DNA of 48,215 nt, taken from positions 1 to 48,215 of the IMG/VR virus record IMGVR_UViG_3300038393_000577. One strand, written 5' to 3'. The stretch is from a virus (lineage: Duplodnaviria > Caudoviricetes). A program made the translations under genes and the position numbers. Positions 15,977-25,830 of this stretch are shown here, in pieces. Every line of letters begins with the position of its first letter. The first letter of the stretch is position 1. The notes under the pieces were generated by a model. That model worked only from the letters and a program-made list of their open reading frames with translations, did no database searches and was not told the DNA's origin.

Positions 15977-17185
15977 ATGGCAGCTATTGCTGGAATGCGG
16001 GGCACAGGAGACTGGGGCACCGACGAAAGACCAAAGAATTTCAGAGAGACTATTCTCTGGCGCAGTCCGAATGGGCAGGCACCTCTGCTTGCGCTCTCGG
16101 CTAGGATGAAAAGTGAAAGTGTGAATGACCCCGAGTTCTCGTGGTGGGAAGAAGAGATGAACGCATTGCGCCTGACGATGGCGAATGGCACTGCGTACAC
16201 TTCCTCTGACACCTCGATTGTAGTTTCCTCCAACTTGCAAGACGCGCAAGACGTTATTGCCGGCGACTTGTTCATGGTGGAGAAGACTCTTACCTCCGCC
16301 TATGACCATGAAATCGTGATGGCTAGCTCCGTGACGAACACCTCGACGGTGGTATTCAAGCGGGGGCAGCTCGGGACAACAGCCGCTGCGATAGCGATCG
16401 GCGCGAATCTGACGAAGATCGGTAACATCTTCGAGGAAGGCTCCGGGGCACCTACCGCCTCGACTCGCAATCCGACGAAGCTGTTCAACTACGTACAGAT
16501 TTTCAAGACAGTCTATGAGATCACCAAGACTGCGGAGAAGACAAAGACTCGTACTGGCGATCCGGTCAAGAACGACAAGAAGCGCAAGATGTTCGACCAC
16601 TCTGTTGCTCTGGAGTTCGCCGCGATCTTCGGCAAGAGGTACGAGACGACTGGCCCGAATGGGAAGCCGATGCGCTCCAGCGGGGGACTGCTCTACATGC
16701 TGTCGCAATACGCCTCAGACATGATCACAGTCTTCGCGACGACTCCGACCGAGACCACCTTTACTGACGCCGTGTATAAGGTATTCAACTACGATACTGG
16801 TGCCGGGGATGAGCGTGTAGTACTCGCCGGGAACGGAGCGTTGAACAGTCTGAATGCTCTGGCGAAGAGCCAAAGCCGGACGCGTGTCCACTTCGATGGC
16901 ATAATTACCCAATACGGGATGAAGCTCCAGAAATGGGTACTGCCTCAAGGCACTTTGTACGTCAAGACTCATCCGCTGTTCAATCTGCATGCTCGTTTCA
17001 CTAACGACATGATGATTCTCGACCCCTCGACTTTCAAGATCCGAGAGATGCGGTCAACTGGCTTCAAGGATGATATTCAAGACAATGACTCCGATAGCAA
17101 GAAAGGTCAGTGGCTTTCGGAAATTGGTTTCGAGTTCGCCCATCTGAAGACCTCGGCCTGGATCAGCAACTTCGTAGTTACCTAA
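15977..17185 (+). CDS. Major capsid protein (resembles the SU10/DUF5309 type)
   Basis: 402 aa; AGGAG SD; NYVQIFK motif; position after scaffold. Confidence 0.9.
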   Translation: MAAIAGMRGTGDWGTDERPKNFRETILWRSPNGQAPLLALSARMKSESVNDPEFSWWEEEMNALRLTMANGTAYTSSDTSIVVSSNLQDAQDVIAGDLFMVEKTLTSAYDHEIVMASSVTNTSTVVFKRGQLGTTAAAIAIGANLTKIGNIFEEGSGAPTASTRNPTKLFNYVQIFKTVYEITKTAEKTKTRTGDPVKNDKKRKMFDHSVALEFAAIFGKRYETTGPNGKPMRSSGGLLYMLSQYASDMITVFATTPTETTFTDAVYKVFNYDTGAGDERVVLAGNGALNSLNALAKSQSRTRVHFDGIITQYGMKLQKWVLPQGTLYVKTHPLFNLHARFTNDMMILDPSTFKIREMRSTGFKDDIQDNDSDSKKGQWLSEIGFEFAHLKTSAWISNFVVT

Positions 17186-17202
17186 GCTGTACCGGGGGTA
17201 TT

Positions 17203-17233
17203 TGTAGACATTATATCTAATATAATCACTACA
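17203..17233. promoter_or_regulatory. 31-bp palindromic site, copy 3
   Basis: TGTAG-aca-TTATAT-cta-ATATAA-tca-CTACA; the stem extends as GGGGTA/TACTCC. Confidence 0.75.
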
Positions 17234-17258
17234 TTTACTCCCTCTCTTCTCTCATACC

Positions 17259-17936
17259 ATGTCCACAGAAAATTTTAATATCCTCATCGTTGTTCCCTCG
17301 GGAACGCACTGGCTCGCAGAATTCGGGGTGAGCTTAATCAGTATGCTTGGCTATTTCAGCAACACGCGCATTGGAGCTTCAAAAGTTCAGCAATACCAGC
17401 TGGCGAATGTCCGGGGCTCAATCCTCCCGAACTCCAGGCTTAAGGGGCTTAAAGCAGCAAAAGAGGTAAACGCTACTCACCTCCTGTACCTGGACTCCGA
17501 CCACACATTTCCCCCAGACACTCTCAATCGCCTGTTAAAACATGGTAAGGATTGTGTCGCCGCGAACTGCGTTACTAAGACTATCCCGGCGATGACTACA
17601 GCCCGCAAATATAGCGAGACTAACAAGCAGGGAACTGTAGTATTCTCTGACCTCGAGTCTACCGGGCTGGAGAAAGTTTGGCGAGTAGGCACAGGCGTCA
17701 TGCTCCTCTCCCGGCGCCTCTTTTCCAAGATCCCTCACGACTCCTTCGCGATGAGTTATAAATCCCTCGACGACACTTATCAAGGCGAGGACTGGGCACT
17801 GTGCGAGGCCATCGAATATGAGGGCTGTCCCATTTACATTGACCATAAGTTGAGTCGTGAGATAGGTCACATAGGGAGCTTTATTTATACTCATGACTAT
17901 GTAGGAACAATAATAAAGGAGCCATTGGATGAGTAG
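17259..17936 (+). CDS. GT-A fold (GT2-like) glycosyltransferase
   Basis: ILIVVP strand, LLYLDSD DxD motif, GTGVMLLSR, GEDWALC, GHIG. Confidence 0.85.
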   Translation: MSTENFNILIVVPSGTHWLAEFGVSLISMLGYFSNTRIGASKVQQYQLANVRGSILPNSRLKGLKAAKEVNATHLLYLDSDHTFPPDTLNRLLKHGKDCVAANCVTKTIPAMTTARKYSETNKQGTVVFSDLESTGLEKVWRVGTGVMLLSRRLFSKIPHDSFAMSYKSLDDTYQGEDWALCEAIEYEGCPIYIDHKLSREIGHIGSFIYTHDYVGTIIKEPLDE

Positions 17937-18777
17937 CGTTACAGAGAAGCTAGTACGGTACGGATTCAGCTCAGGACAGGCCCAGATTCTTGAAGAAATG
18001 TACCCCGAACAGACTGGTGGGGTGGCTGGAGCTATACACTCATACTACCACTTTCACGGCTTCGCCGGGCAGCAGTCATCAGACGATGATAAGTTCTATG
18101 ATATGGTAGGACTGAATCACGCCTCTCGCGGGGCCAATCTTTCTATAGTCCAGCTATGGGCGACAGCTGGTTATGCGTCTACAGTTGATCCCGCTAGCGG
18201 CACAGAAAATTCCGTATTGCGGATGCCCAGCCTGAATTTCGACTATGCAGGAGGAGAGAAGCTGATCGTCTGGTGGCTTGGAAAAGCGACTCCGGAAGCA
18301 ACCAACTTCACTCTCATCGGCGATGGGGTAAGCACTTCCCTCCACGGTTTTCAGGCGCGAGTTAAGACTGATGGAAAGCTTGATCTTGTCCTGTTCGGCT
18401 CTACAGCCGGATACTCTACCTATTCCACCGCCGCCCCCTTCGACGGCAATCTTCATAGCATAGCTTTTGCCTTCGATGGAGCAAGAAAAGAACACTGTAT
18501 ATGGGTTGATGAAGCTGTCTCCTACGGCGGCAATGTCGGCTTCTCAGAGTTCAACTCAGGAACAGCTCACGACACTAAAACGAGCAATACTCTGAACATA
18601 GGCCACGCGCACGCAGCTCCTGGACAGACTTGGGAGAGTGGAGTGGTGAAGACTAGAGCTCTAGCCGTTCTGCGCTTGCCCGCTGATTACGATATGCCCG
18701 GAGCTACGACCCTGACCAGTGTTTTCCAGCAGCTCCGCGCAAACCCTGGGCGGTTGATTTCAGCGAGTGCATTCTGA
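17929..18777 (+). CDS. LamG/concanavalin A-like domain protein
   Basis: FDGNLHSIAFAFDG...IWVD...LNIG beta-sandwich pattern. Confidence 0.7.
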   Translation: MSSVTEKLVRYGFSSGQAQILEEMYPEQTGGVAGAIHSYYHFHGFAGQQSSDDDKFYDMVGLNHASRGANLSIVQLWATAGYASTVDPASGTENSVLRMPSLNFDYAGGEKLIVWWLGKATPEATNFTLIGDGVSTSLHGFQARVKTDGKLDLVLFGSTAGYSTYSTAAPFDGNLHSIAFAFDGARKEHCIWVDEAVSYGGNVGFSEFNSGTAHDTKTSNTLNIGHAHAAPGQTWESGVVKTRALAVLRLPADYDMPGATTLTSVFQQLRANPGRLISASAF

Positions 18778-19517
18778 TGGCCTTGCAATCTTATTTCCCG
18801 TTTACGGATACTTTCGCTAATTCCACTACAGTTTATCTTCAGGCGAACGGAGTAGAGCAGACTAATGCCCAGGCTCCAGCAGGACTTAGTGATAATATCC
18901 TAATCGCTGATTGCGTTTTCGAGTCTACAATGCGGGACACCGATGCATACACTTATTTCGGTCACCGGGCTGACATAAGCTGGCCCCCAGGCACTAGAGC
19001 TGAATACTGGTACACCTGGCGTGTTATGATCCCTACGTCTTGGGCAGGCTACGGAAAGCGGATAGTAATAGCCCAAGTCCACGATCGCGCTGACGAAAGC
19101 GATGGCACGCAGTACCCGAATTTCATGCTGTTAGCCGATGACAAAGAGTTCACCGCGGCGGTCCCTAGTTCTATCTATCCAACTCCTGTAAACGTCGGGG
19201 TGGCTAAAGGGGGTTACCCACTTACCCTGGGCCAGTGGTACGATTGTTGTCTGCACGCCAACTGGCAGATTTCTGGAGGCTTTCGCGAGTTCTTTATTGA
19301 CCGAAGACCAATCTTTCGCGAGCATGGGATAGCCACAGAATATGACAACGTGCTAGGGCCTTATTTCAAGCTAGGACTTTACGACGGCAATCACGATGGA
19401 GGCTTTGGCACAAAGACAGCCTATTATCGAGACGCGCGTATATGGACTGGAAATGACGGCTATCAGACTGTCATGGGCGGAGTGCCGCTAGCCCCAACGA
19501 GAAATTTACTTACCTAG
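18777..19517 (+). CDS. Polysaccharide lyase (beta-jelly-roll; PL7/PL13/PL20-like)
   Basis: YWYTWRVMIP, IAQVH, GQWYD and PYFKLGLY motifs. Confidence 0.8.
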   Translation: MALQSYFPFTDTFANSTTVYLQANGVEQTNAQAPAGLSDNILIADCVFESTMRDTDAYTYFGHRADISWPPGTRAEYWYTWRVMIPTSWAGYGKRIVIAQVHDRADESDGTQYPNFMLLADDKEFTAAVPSSIYPTPVNVGVAKGGYPLTLGQWYDCCLHANWQISGGFREFFIDRRPIFREHGIATEYDNVLGPYFKLGLYDGNHDGGFGTKTAYYRDARIWTGNDGYQTVMGGVPLAPTRNLLT

Positions 19518-19530
19518 TGGAGATTCAAAA

Positions 19531-19929
19531 ATGGCAGCAGGATATGCAGTAGCTTTGCGAAATGCCCAGCTGGATGCAATTGTAACTTTTGCAGGAGCCG
19601 GTGCGCTACTTCGAATTTACAACGGTGCTCGTCCAGCAACAGGGGGTACAGCCACTACCCTTCTGGCTGAGCTCACTTGTGGAGCAACCCTCGGGACTGT
19701 AGCAGATGGCGTCCTTACTTTTGGCTCAGTTACTCAAGACTCCAGTGCGAATAATGCCGGGGATGCCTCATGGTTTCGGATAGTTAAATCCGATGGCACG
19801 ACTCACGTTATGGATGGAACAGTTACAGTTACGGGCGGGGGTGGGCAAATGGAAGTCGTCTCTTTGACTATCACTAGTGGACAGCCCGTTAGTCTTTCCA
19901 GCTTCACTATTACCAGAGGAAACGCATAA
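19531..19929 (+). CDS. Virion structural protein
   Basis: LRIYNGARP...LLAEL...GDASWFRI; beta-rich, Gly/Thr-rich. Confidence 0.75.
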   Translation: MAAGYAVALRNAQLDAIVTFAGAGALLRIYNGARPATGGTATTLLAELTCGATLGTVADGVLTFGSVTQDSSANNAGDASWFRIVKSDGTTHVMDGTVTVTGGGGQMEVVSLTITSGQPVSLSSFTITRGNA

Positions 19930-20330
19930 TGGCTAACGTACTGTATGACAAAGGTCGTGAGGGGATTCTCGACGGCACAGTAGACATGACTGGAGATGTC
20001 CGGGCAATGCTGGTGAAGAACACTTACACCTTCAGCGCCATCCACGAAGACCTTGCTGACATCACTTCTGGAAATGACAACGGGCGTAGCGCTGCACTAG
20101 GCTCGAAAACCTATACAAGTGGGGTATTTGACGCGGCAGATACTTCACTTACTGCCACAGCCGCAGTAGCTTCTAATGCTTTAGTGCTATATCAGCATAC
20201 CGGCACGGATGCTACAGCCCGACTGATTGCCTATATTGACTCAGCGACTGGCCTGCCAGTTACCCCTAGTGCGGGGCAGACCGTGAACATCACCTGGGAC
20301 AATGGTGTGAACAAGATATTCAAGCTGTAA
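19929..20330 (+). CDS. Virion structural protein
   Basis: ANVLYDKGRE...GVFDAAD...LIAYID..GLPVTP...WDNG..KIFKL. Confidence 0.75.
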   Translation: MANVLYDKGREGILDGTVDMTGDVRAMLVKNTYTFSAIHEDLADITSGNDNGRSAALGSKTYTSGVFDAADTSLTATAAVASNALVLYQHTGTDATARLIAYIDSATGLPVTPSAGQTVNITWDNGVNKIFKL

Positions 20331-20336
20331 ACCCGG

Positions 20337-22616
20337 ATGGCTCAATTCGCTTCTGATACATTTACCGGCGCAGACGGCACAGAGCTATCTGCTTATAACC
20401 CGGCTTGGACTAACCGGCTGCGTAACGGGGCCGAGAATTGCGTACTGACTGACGCCAACAGGGTTCGCGGCCCTAACAATAATAACGAGTATTATCATTC
20501 CGGCACTCCAGCCTCTGCTGATTATTCTGTATCGGCAGACTGCTACATAGCGTCGTTCGTCTCGACAATAAGTGCGAGCGTTTTCGCTAGAGCCTCCACC
20601 ACTGTTTCATACGGCTATTTTGCAACACTTTATCTAGGCACAGGGATAAGGCTATACAAGCAGACTAGTGGAGGGTTTTCTCAGCTTGGCACTTATGCCT
20701 ACACATTCACAGCCGGGACAACCTACAACCTCAAGCTATCAGTATCAGGATCAAGCCCTGGGTCTGTAGTTCTTAAGGCGTATCTGGATGGCGCTGAAGT
20801 TCTAAGCTACACAGACTCATCCTCTCCTCATTACGCAGCTGGGAAAGCCGGTATACGCTTCGCGAATCTAGGCGTAACGTCGAACAACACGACTCACATC
20901 CACATTGACAACTTCAGCGCGGATGACCCCTCTGCGTGGGTAGATCTAACAGGTGTTGGTAACATCAGTAGTGCAGAGGCTGTAGGTTCCCCGGCCATCA
21001 GCACAGTAGCTCCAACGGAAATTACTGAAGTAGGAGGAATAACCTCGACGGAGAGTTTCGGCTCTCCTGCTGTTGCTTTGGGCGGGTTCTCCCCGAGCAT
21101 AGACAGTTTAGCTACACCTATCTACATAGGGCATGGCGGCAATAAGCAGATGTATCCCGAGCAGAGCCATACCGGATTTAACGCGAGTGTAGCGTCGGGA
21201 GAACTATTCCTGGACTTCGACGTGTGGCCTTTAAACGGCGGCAGTCCTATGGCCGTCATGCACGATGATCAGGTCGGCAGGACTACGGACGGTACTGACT
21301 ATATCGCAAACAAGAATGTGACGCAGTGGCATGCTCTGCACCTCGACCCGACCTCTGGCGGCTGGTTTGGTGGAGGTTACCCTGATACAGAAGCCCCGCC
21401 ACTTCTCAGCGAGGTCCTGAATAATCATGTAACTAATGCTGTTTTCTCGATAGAGTGCAAGCCGACAACATCCTCCCCGATGGATGTATTGCTGGCCGAG
21501 CTATCCACAGCAGGAATCGGCCTGAATCAGGCGTTGGTGTCCAGTTTCACAGCTTCGCACATGGCACAGATTAATGCAGCCGGTTACAAAGCCATGTATC
21601 TGACAGGCGGTTCCACGCCAGTTGCAACAACGCAGAGCTATGGAGTTGATTGGGTGGGCGTGCCTACTGCCATGTCCAATGCGCTGATAGGCGAGTATCT
21701 TGCGGCTGGAATAAAAGTCGTAGTTTGGACAATCAACCGGCGCTATTTGCGCGACCCTTACGTAGCCGCGAATCCGACAATAACCGGCTTCTTCTCCGAC
21801 GACGCCAAATATCTCGGAAGCTCAACAGCTATCCGCACCGCTGATAATTTCGCCTCCCAGACATGGGATTTCGGCATGTATTCAGCGGATGATCTGCTGA
21901 CTGCGGCAAGTCGGGGAGAGTTTTTTGCGCCCGATTACTGGGGTTACTCATCAACCGAGGCTACTATTCGCGGCTGTTTGATGGGCTTCCTTTGCCCCGT
22001 AGCCGATCCCACTGATTTCACTCTTGACCTTAAGATCACTTTCGATTCTGCTGACCTCGGAGACAACACAAAGTGGGCGTCAGTCTTTATCGGCACGACA
22101 GATCAGCCTTACAGAAACTTGGCTAGCGGACACAATGGCTATCACATTCAGTTCGCAAAAGATGGAAGCATAGCCATCTATCTGAAGGTCGCAGGACTCG
22201 CTCCCTCACTGCTCAATTCTGTAAGCGGAACAACGATAGCGGATGGGGAGGAGAAGAGTTTCCGTATAACTGTCACGCCCACTCAGATAAAGGCGGCTCA
22301 GGTCTCTGGCGGCACTGACATTACTGCAAACACAGTAAGCAACTCATCCTATCGTGGCGGTTACATTTCGCTGAGCCGAAACGGATTAGCTTGTAAATTT
22401 AGGGACTTAAGCATTAATGCAGATGCTGGTTGGACTGCAACAGCAGTTTTCACCGAGGAAGATGATATAATCAGCAGTACGTTATTTGATCTGGTCGTGT
22501 TAGCTGGTTCTTTTACTGATGAAGATGACGAGGTTGCATCAAGAATTTCAACGCCTGCGCGATGGACAATAGCTTCTGCTATTAGCGGCACTTGGACAAA
22601 GCAAGGCTCACTTTAG
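20337..22616 (+). CDS. Tail appendage protein: lectin-like domain, glycerophosphodiester phosphodiesterase (GDPD) domain, lectin-like domain
   Basis: IGHGG...PEQS, DFDV, VMHD..VGRTT, IECK, VWTIN and FFSDD follow the GDPD motif order. Confidence 0.8.
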   Translation: MAQFASDTFTGADGTELSAYNPAWTNRLRNGAENCVLTDANRVRGPNNNNEYYHSGTPASADYSVSADCYIASFVSTISASVFARASTTVSYGYFATLYLGTGIRLYKQTSGGFSQLGTYAYTFTAGTTYNLKLSVSGSSPGSVVLKAYLDGAEVLSYTDSSSPHYAAGKAGIRFANLGVTSNNTTHIHIDNFSADDPSAWVDLTGVGNISSAEAVGSPAISTVAPTEITEVGGITSTESFGSPAVALGGFSPSIDSLATPIYIGHGGNKQMYPEQSHTGFNASVASGELFLDFDVWPLNGGSPMAVMHDDQVGRTTDGTDYIANKNVTQWHALHLDPTSGGWFGGGYPDTEAPPLLSEVLNNHVTNAVFSIECKPTTSSPMDVLLAELSTAGIGLNQALVSSFTASHMAQINAAGYKAMYLTGGSTPVATTQSYGVDWVGVPTAMSNALIGEYLAAGIKVVVWTINRRYLRDPYVAANPTITGFFSDDAKYLGSSTAIRTADNFASQTWDFGMYSADDLLTAASRGEFFAPDYWGYSSTEATIRGCLMGFLCPVADPTDFTLDLKITFDSADLGDNTKWASVFIGTTDQPYRNLASGHNGYHIQFAKDGSIAIYLKVAGLAPSLLNSVSGTTIADGEEKSFRITVTPTQIKAAQVSGGTDITANTVSNSSYRGGYISLSRNGLACKFRDLSINADAGWTATAVFTEEDDIISSTLFDLVVLAGSFTDEDDEVASRISTPARWTIASAISGTWTKQGSL

Positions 22617-22628
22617 TTAGAGGTTTCT

Positions 22629-23264
22629 ATGTTAAGAGATGAGGTAGTTACTTTACTGGGATATAGGCTTGGCAGCCGAACTGACCTGAATGATCGGATT
22701 ATAGCTGAGATGGCTTACGTCCAGACATTTAATTTGGAAGGCACAGGCGCCTTTCTTCCGTGGTTCCTTGAGACAGAAATTGCCACGATCACAACAATAG
22801 CTGACGAAGAGAGAACAGTCCTTCCGGACGACTTCCTTGCCGAGGTCGAGGATCAGGCCCTATGGCTTTACGACGAGGACTCCGCTGCTCCTTGGACTGA
22901 GCTTCGCAAGAATGATTATGACTACCTCCGAGTGAAATATCCTGTAGCCGGCCTCCCCAAGCAATATGCACTCATCGGAGACTATTTTGCCCTGTTTCCA
23001 GTCCCCGACGATTCCTACACTATCAAGATGCGCTATTACGCAAAGGATGAGTCTCTTGCCTCGGAGAATATCGAGAACAAATGGCTGAAGCACGCGGCGG
23101 ACTTAGTCTTAGCCGAAACTGGCGCTGTGATGGCGCAGCACCTAATGAATTTCGATCTTGTGGCGAAGTTTCAGCAAGATGCAGCCATCGCCCGGCAGAG
23201 ACTCTACACTAAGCACGAAGCCCGCAGACATTCCAATCGCACTTATTCGATGGGGGAGGATTAA
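22629..23264 (+). CDS. Head-tail adaptor protein
   Basis: LPDDFL, GLPKQY, LFPVPDDSY pattern typical of podoviral adaptors. Confidence 0.7.
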   Translation: MLRDEVVTLLGYRLGSRTDLNDRIIAEMAYVQTFNLEGTGAFLPWFLETEIATITTIADEERTVLPDDFLAEVEDQALWLYDEDSAAPWTELRKNDYDYLRVKYPVAGLPKQYALIGDYFALFPVPDDSYTIKMRYYAKDESLASENIENKWLKHAADLVLAETGAVMAQHLMNFDLVAKFQQDAAIARQRLYTKHEARRHSNRTYSMGED

Positions 23265-24274
23265 TGGCACTTGAGACAGCAACATACATTGATGGACTGG
23301 TAGAAACTAATCCTCTGGGTACTGATCCGCGCAGTGCCGGGGACGATCATATTAGGCTGATTAAGACAGCCGTGAAGAGTACCTTTCCGAATGTGACTGG
23401 GGCAGTAACTCCTACACAAGCTGAGCTAAATTATGTGGATGGAGTAACTGGTCCGATCCAGTCACAACTGGATGCGAAAGTAGCTCTGACAGGGACACAG
23501 ACAGTTGCAGGTAATAAGACTTTCTCTGGCAATAATACTCACTCTGGTACGAATGCTTTTTCAAGTACTGTGACTGGACCTAGCCCGGCGCAGTTCGACA
23601 GCAGTACCAAACTTGCTACGACTGCATTTGTGCAGCAAGCTGGTTTCCATTTCCAGAACGTTGGTGGTATAGGAATTAGCTCAAATAGAACTATGGCTGC
23701 GGCTGAAGCTGGCCGTTGGGCGCAGGTAGGCGCTCCAGGAGGTTTAACCGTTACTCTTCCACCGCTGGCAAGTGTACTTGTAGGTGCCGCTTATACATTT
23801 ACGGCAATCTATGATTTTACTCTTGCGTGCTCTGGAACAGATCAAGTTTCGGCTGGGCCTAGCTTGGCGGCCACTTACGCTGTTCTAGCAGGGCAGACTC
23901 TGGCTGTTGTAGCTAATGGCACTGGAGCCTATTGGTACGTTGTGCTAGATGGCTTCGGAGCTAACTCTTTCTCCCACAATCTCGCCACAAATGGACATCA
24001 GTATCTCCCCGGTGGTCGGCTAGAGCAGTGGGGAACGCAGGCTGTGAACACAGATATTCCTGCTGGAGGATTGGAAGTGCAGGTCTGGTTCGGGGCCACT
24101 TTCCCGAATGCTGTTCATAACTGCGTAGCTACGATATATAACTACGCCAGTTTTAATAATATTTTCATGACTGAGAGCGCATTAACAACATCCTATGTCA
24201 AGTACTGGGTATACGAGGGCTCATCTGGGGTCCAGTCAAACTGGGGCATTCGCTGGAGGGCAATCGGAAAATGA
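23264..24274 (+). CDS. Tail fibre protein
   Basis: GDDHIRLIK..VK.TFPN N-terminus, KLATTAFV, NGHQYLPGGRLEQWG C-terminal domain. Confidence 0.9.
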   Translation: MALETATYIDGLVETNPLGTDPRSAGDDHIRLIKTAVKSTFPNVTGAVTPTQAELNYVDGVTGPIQSQLDAKVALTGTQTVAGNKTFSGNNTHSGTNAFSSTVTGPSPAQFDSSTKLATTAFVQQAGFHFQNVGGIGISSNRTMAAAEAGRWAQVGAPGGLTVTLPPLASVLVGAAYTFTAIYDFTLACSGTDQVSAGPSLAATYAVLAGQTLAVVANGTGAYWYVVLDGFGANSFSHNLATNGHQYLPGGRLEQWGTQAVNTDIPAGGLEVQVWFGATFPNAVHNCVATIYNYASFNNIFMTESALTTSYVKYWVYEGSSGVQSNWGIRWRAIGK

Positions 24275-24537
24275 CACTTTTTAGTCTTTGCGGTAATAAG
24301 CCATTTCTGGAGGAGCTCCGGGATCAGCTCCTTCACATGACTCATGCGGCGCTGTTGGCTTGCGCTATAATTTTTATTCACCATCCGATTTTCGCTTGCA
24401 TCGTAGTAATGCTTGAGGCACTTCTCCGTGAGCTGGAACAGCACGAGTGGGACATTATGAAGGTGGGTCGCCGCGATCTCAGTTTCTACTTTCTCTCATG
24501 CTTAATCGTCATAGTAACTTATTACCTGACAACTTGA
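24271..24537 (+). CDS. Small membrane protein
   Basis: Hydrophobic segments; ATGA overlap. Confidence 0.65.
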   Translation: MTLFSLCGNKPFLEELRDQLLHMTHAALLACAIIFIHHPIFACIVVMLEALLRELEQHEWDIMKVGRRDLSFYFLSCLIVIVTYYLTT

Positions 24538-24596
24538 CAGCCACTAGTAAATTTGTTGATATGGCAATCCGAGAGTACTTTTAAAGGAGTCTTAAA

Positions 24597-24809
24597 ATGT
24601 TGAAGGCGGAGAAAGAACAGATACAAGCGACAATCGCTGACCTTAAATCGAAGGTGGAGGAGCTGCATCAAAAGGCTATTGAGGCCGAAGCAGACACCGA
24701 CACTTTCCTGCGTAAATTGGCAGACCATCCCGCAACTTTAGTCATAGTCAGTGCAGTATCTGGCACAATTTTGGGGGGCTTAACAGCTTTTTTCTTTATC
24801 GTCTGCTAA
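24597..24809 (+). CDS. Coiled-coil protein with a C-terminal TM helix
   Basis: AAGGAG SD; hydrophobic C-terminus. Confidence 0.7.
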   Translation: MLKAEKEQIQATIADLKSKVEELHQKAIEAEADTDTFLRKLADHPATLVIVSAVSGTILGGLTAFFFIVC

Positions 24810-24813
24810 TATA

Positions 24814-25140
24814 ATGGAAAATATCCTGACCGCGTTAGGAATCAAGAAGTTTTCAATCGTGATCGCTGGGGCGGTTGGGGGCCTTATTTCACTGCGCCAT
24901 TACGTTGAGCTTACGCTACAGGGCAAAGTTGTAGTTATTGTCAGCAGCATGTGTCTGGCTAATTACGCGACGCATCCTGTAGCTCTTTATTTCGGGCCAT
25001 CTGCGGACGAGTTTGAGCTAGGCATTGCTGCGGCAATTGGCCTTTTCGGGCTTAGCATTGTATCTTCTGCTACGACAATCTTAAAGGATACAGCTCTATG
25101 GAAGGGTTTGCTGAATAGGCTGTTAGGGGGAGAAAGATGA
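24814..25140 (+). CDS. Putative holin
   Basis: Three hydrophobic segments, AGAVGGLISL and IGLFGLS, upstream of the endolysin. Confidence 0.7.
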   Translation: MENILTALGIKKFSIVIAGAVGGLISLRHYVELTLQGKVVVIVSSMCLANYATHPVALYFGPSADEFELGIAAAIGLFGLSIVSSATTILKDTALWKGLLNRLLGGER

Positions 25141-25454
25141 TAGTTCTGCTTTCGCTGTCACTTGCCACGATCTGTGCATCAGCTTTCTATTTAATTATGA
25201 GTCAAATTTACGACGATGGACTAGTGGGGCGGATTGCTTTAGTACTTATGGTATTCGCTTCTGGTATTGGGCTATGGCAGTTCTTCAAAGGTTACATAGT
25301 CTTTAATCCTGTGGGCACAGTGTTAGTGCTAGCTAACGCATTGTTCCTTGCGCGACAAGTGTTTTTCCTGATCAACTGTAAAACAGATAAAAGAACAATC
25401 TATGAAGATAAGCGCTGCCGGACTCGCGGAAATCAAGAAGCACGAAGGGCTTAG
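25137..25454 (+). CDS. Putative second holin or antiholin
   Basis: Three TM segments, basic C-tail, overlaps the endolysin. Confidence 0.6.
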   Translation: MIVLLSLSLATICASAFYLIMSQIYDDGLVGRIALVLMVFASGIGLWQFFKGYIVFNPVGTVLVLANALFLARQVFFLINCKTDKRTIYEDKRCRTRGNQEARRA

Positions 25455-25830
25455 GCTTAATGCATATTTGCCTACACCGGATGACGTCTGGACAATTGGG
25501 TATGGCTCTACGAAAGGAGTCAAAGAGGGAGACGTAATTACTGAGGACGAGGCTCATTTCAAGTTGCTTCGGGACATTGCTTGGGCTGAGGACTGTGTCA
25601 ATGCAGTAGTCCAAGTCGCTCTTAAGCAGTCCCAGTTCGATGCACTTGTCAGTCTCGTCCTCAACATTGGCGCAGGCGCCTTTCGTAGCTCAACCCTCTT
25701 GAGATTGCTGAATGAAGGGGACTACGAAGGCGCATCGGGCCAGTTCGTAAGATGGTCTCGTCAGAAAGGGCGGATATTGGCTGGTCTTGCAGCCCGCCGC
25801 GCAATCGAAAGGGACATGTTCAATGCCTAA
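25402..25830 (+). CDS. Endolysin, GH24 lysozyme
   Basis: HEGLRLNAY...WTIGYGST, QFDALVS..NIG, GLAARR..E. Confidence 0.95.
   Translation: MKISAAGLAEIKKHEGLRLNAYLPTPDDVWTIGYGSTKGVKEGDVITEDEAHFKLLRDIAWAEDCVNAVVQVALKQSQFDALVSLVLNIGAGAFRSSTLLRLLNEGDYEGASGQFVRWSRQKGRILAGLAARRAIERDMFNA

Noticed and set aside
25441-25510. Inactive lysozyme because Pro occupies the usual catalytic Asp position
   Set aside because: The YxPxxxDxxTIGxG variant is common among GH24 phage lysozymes; Glu and Thr are intact
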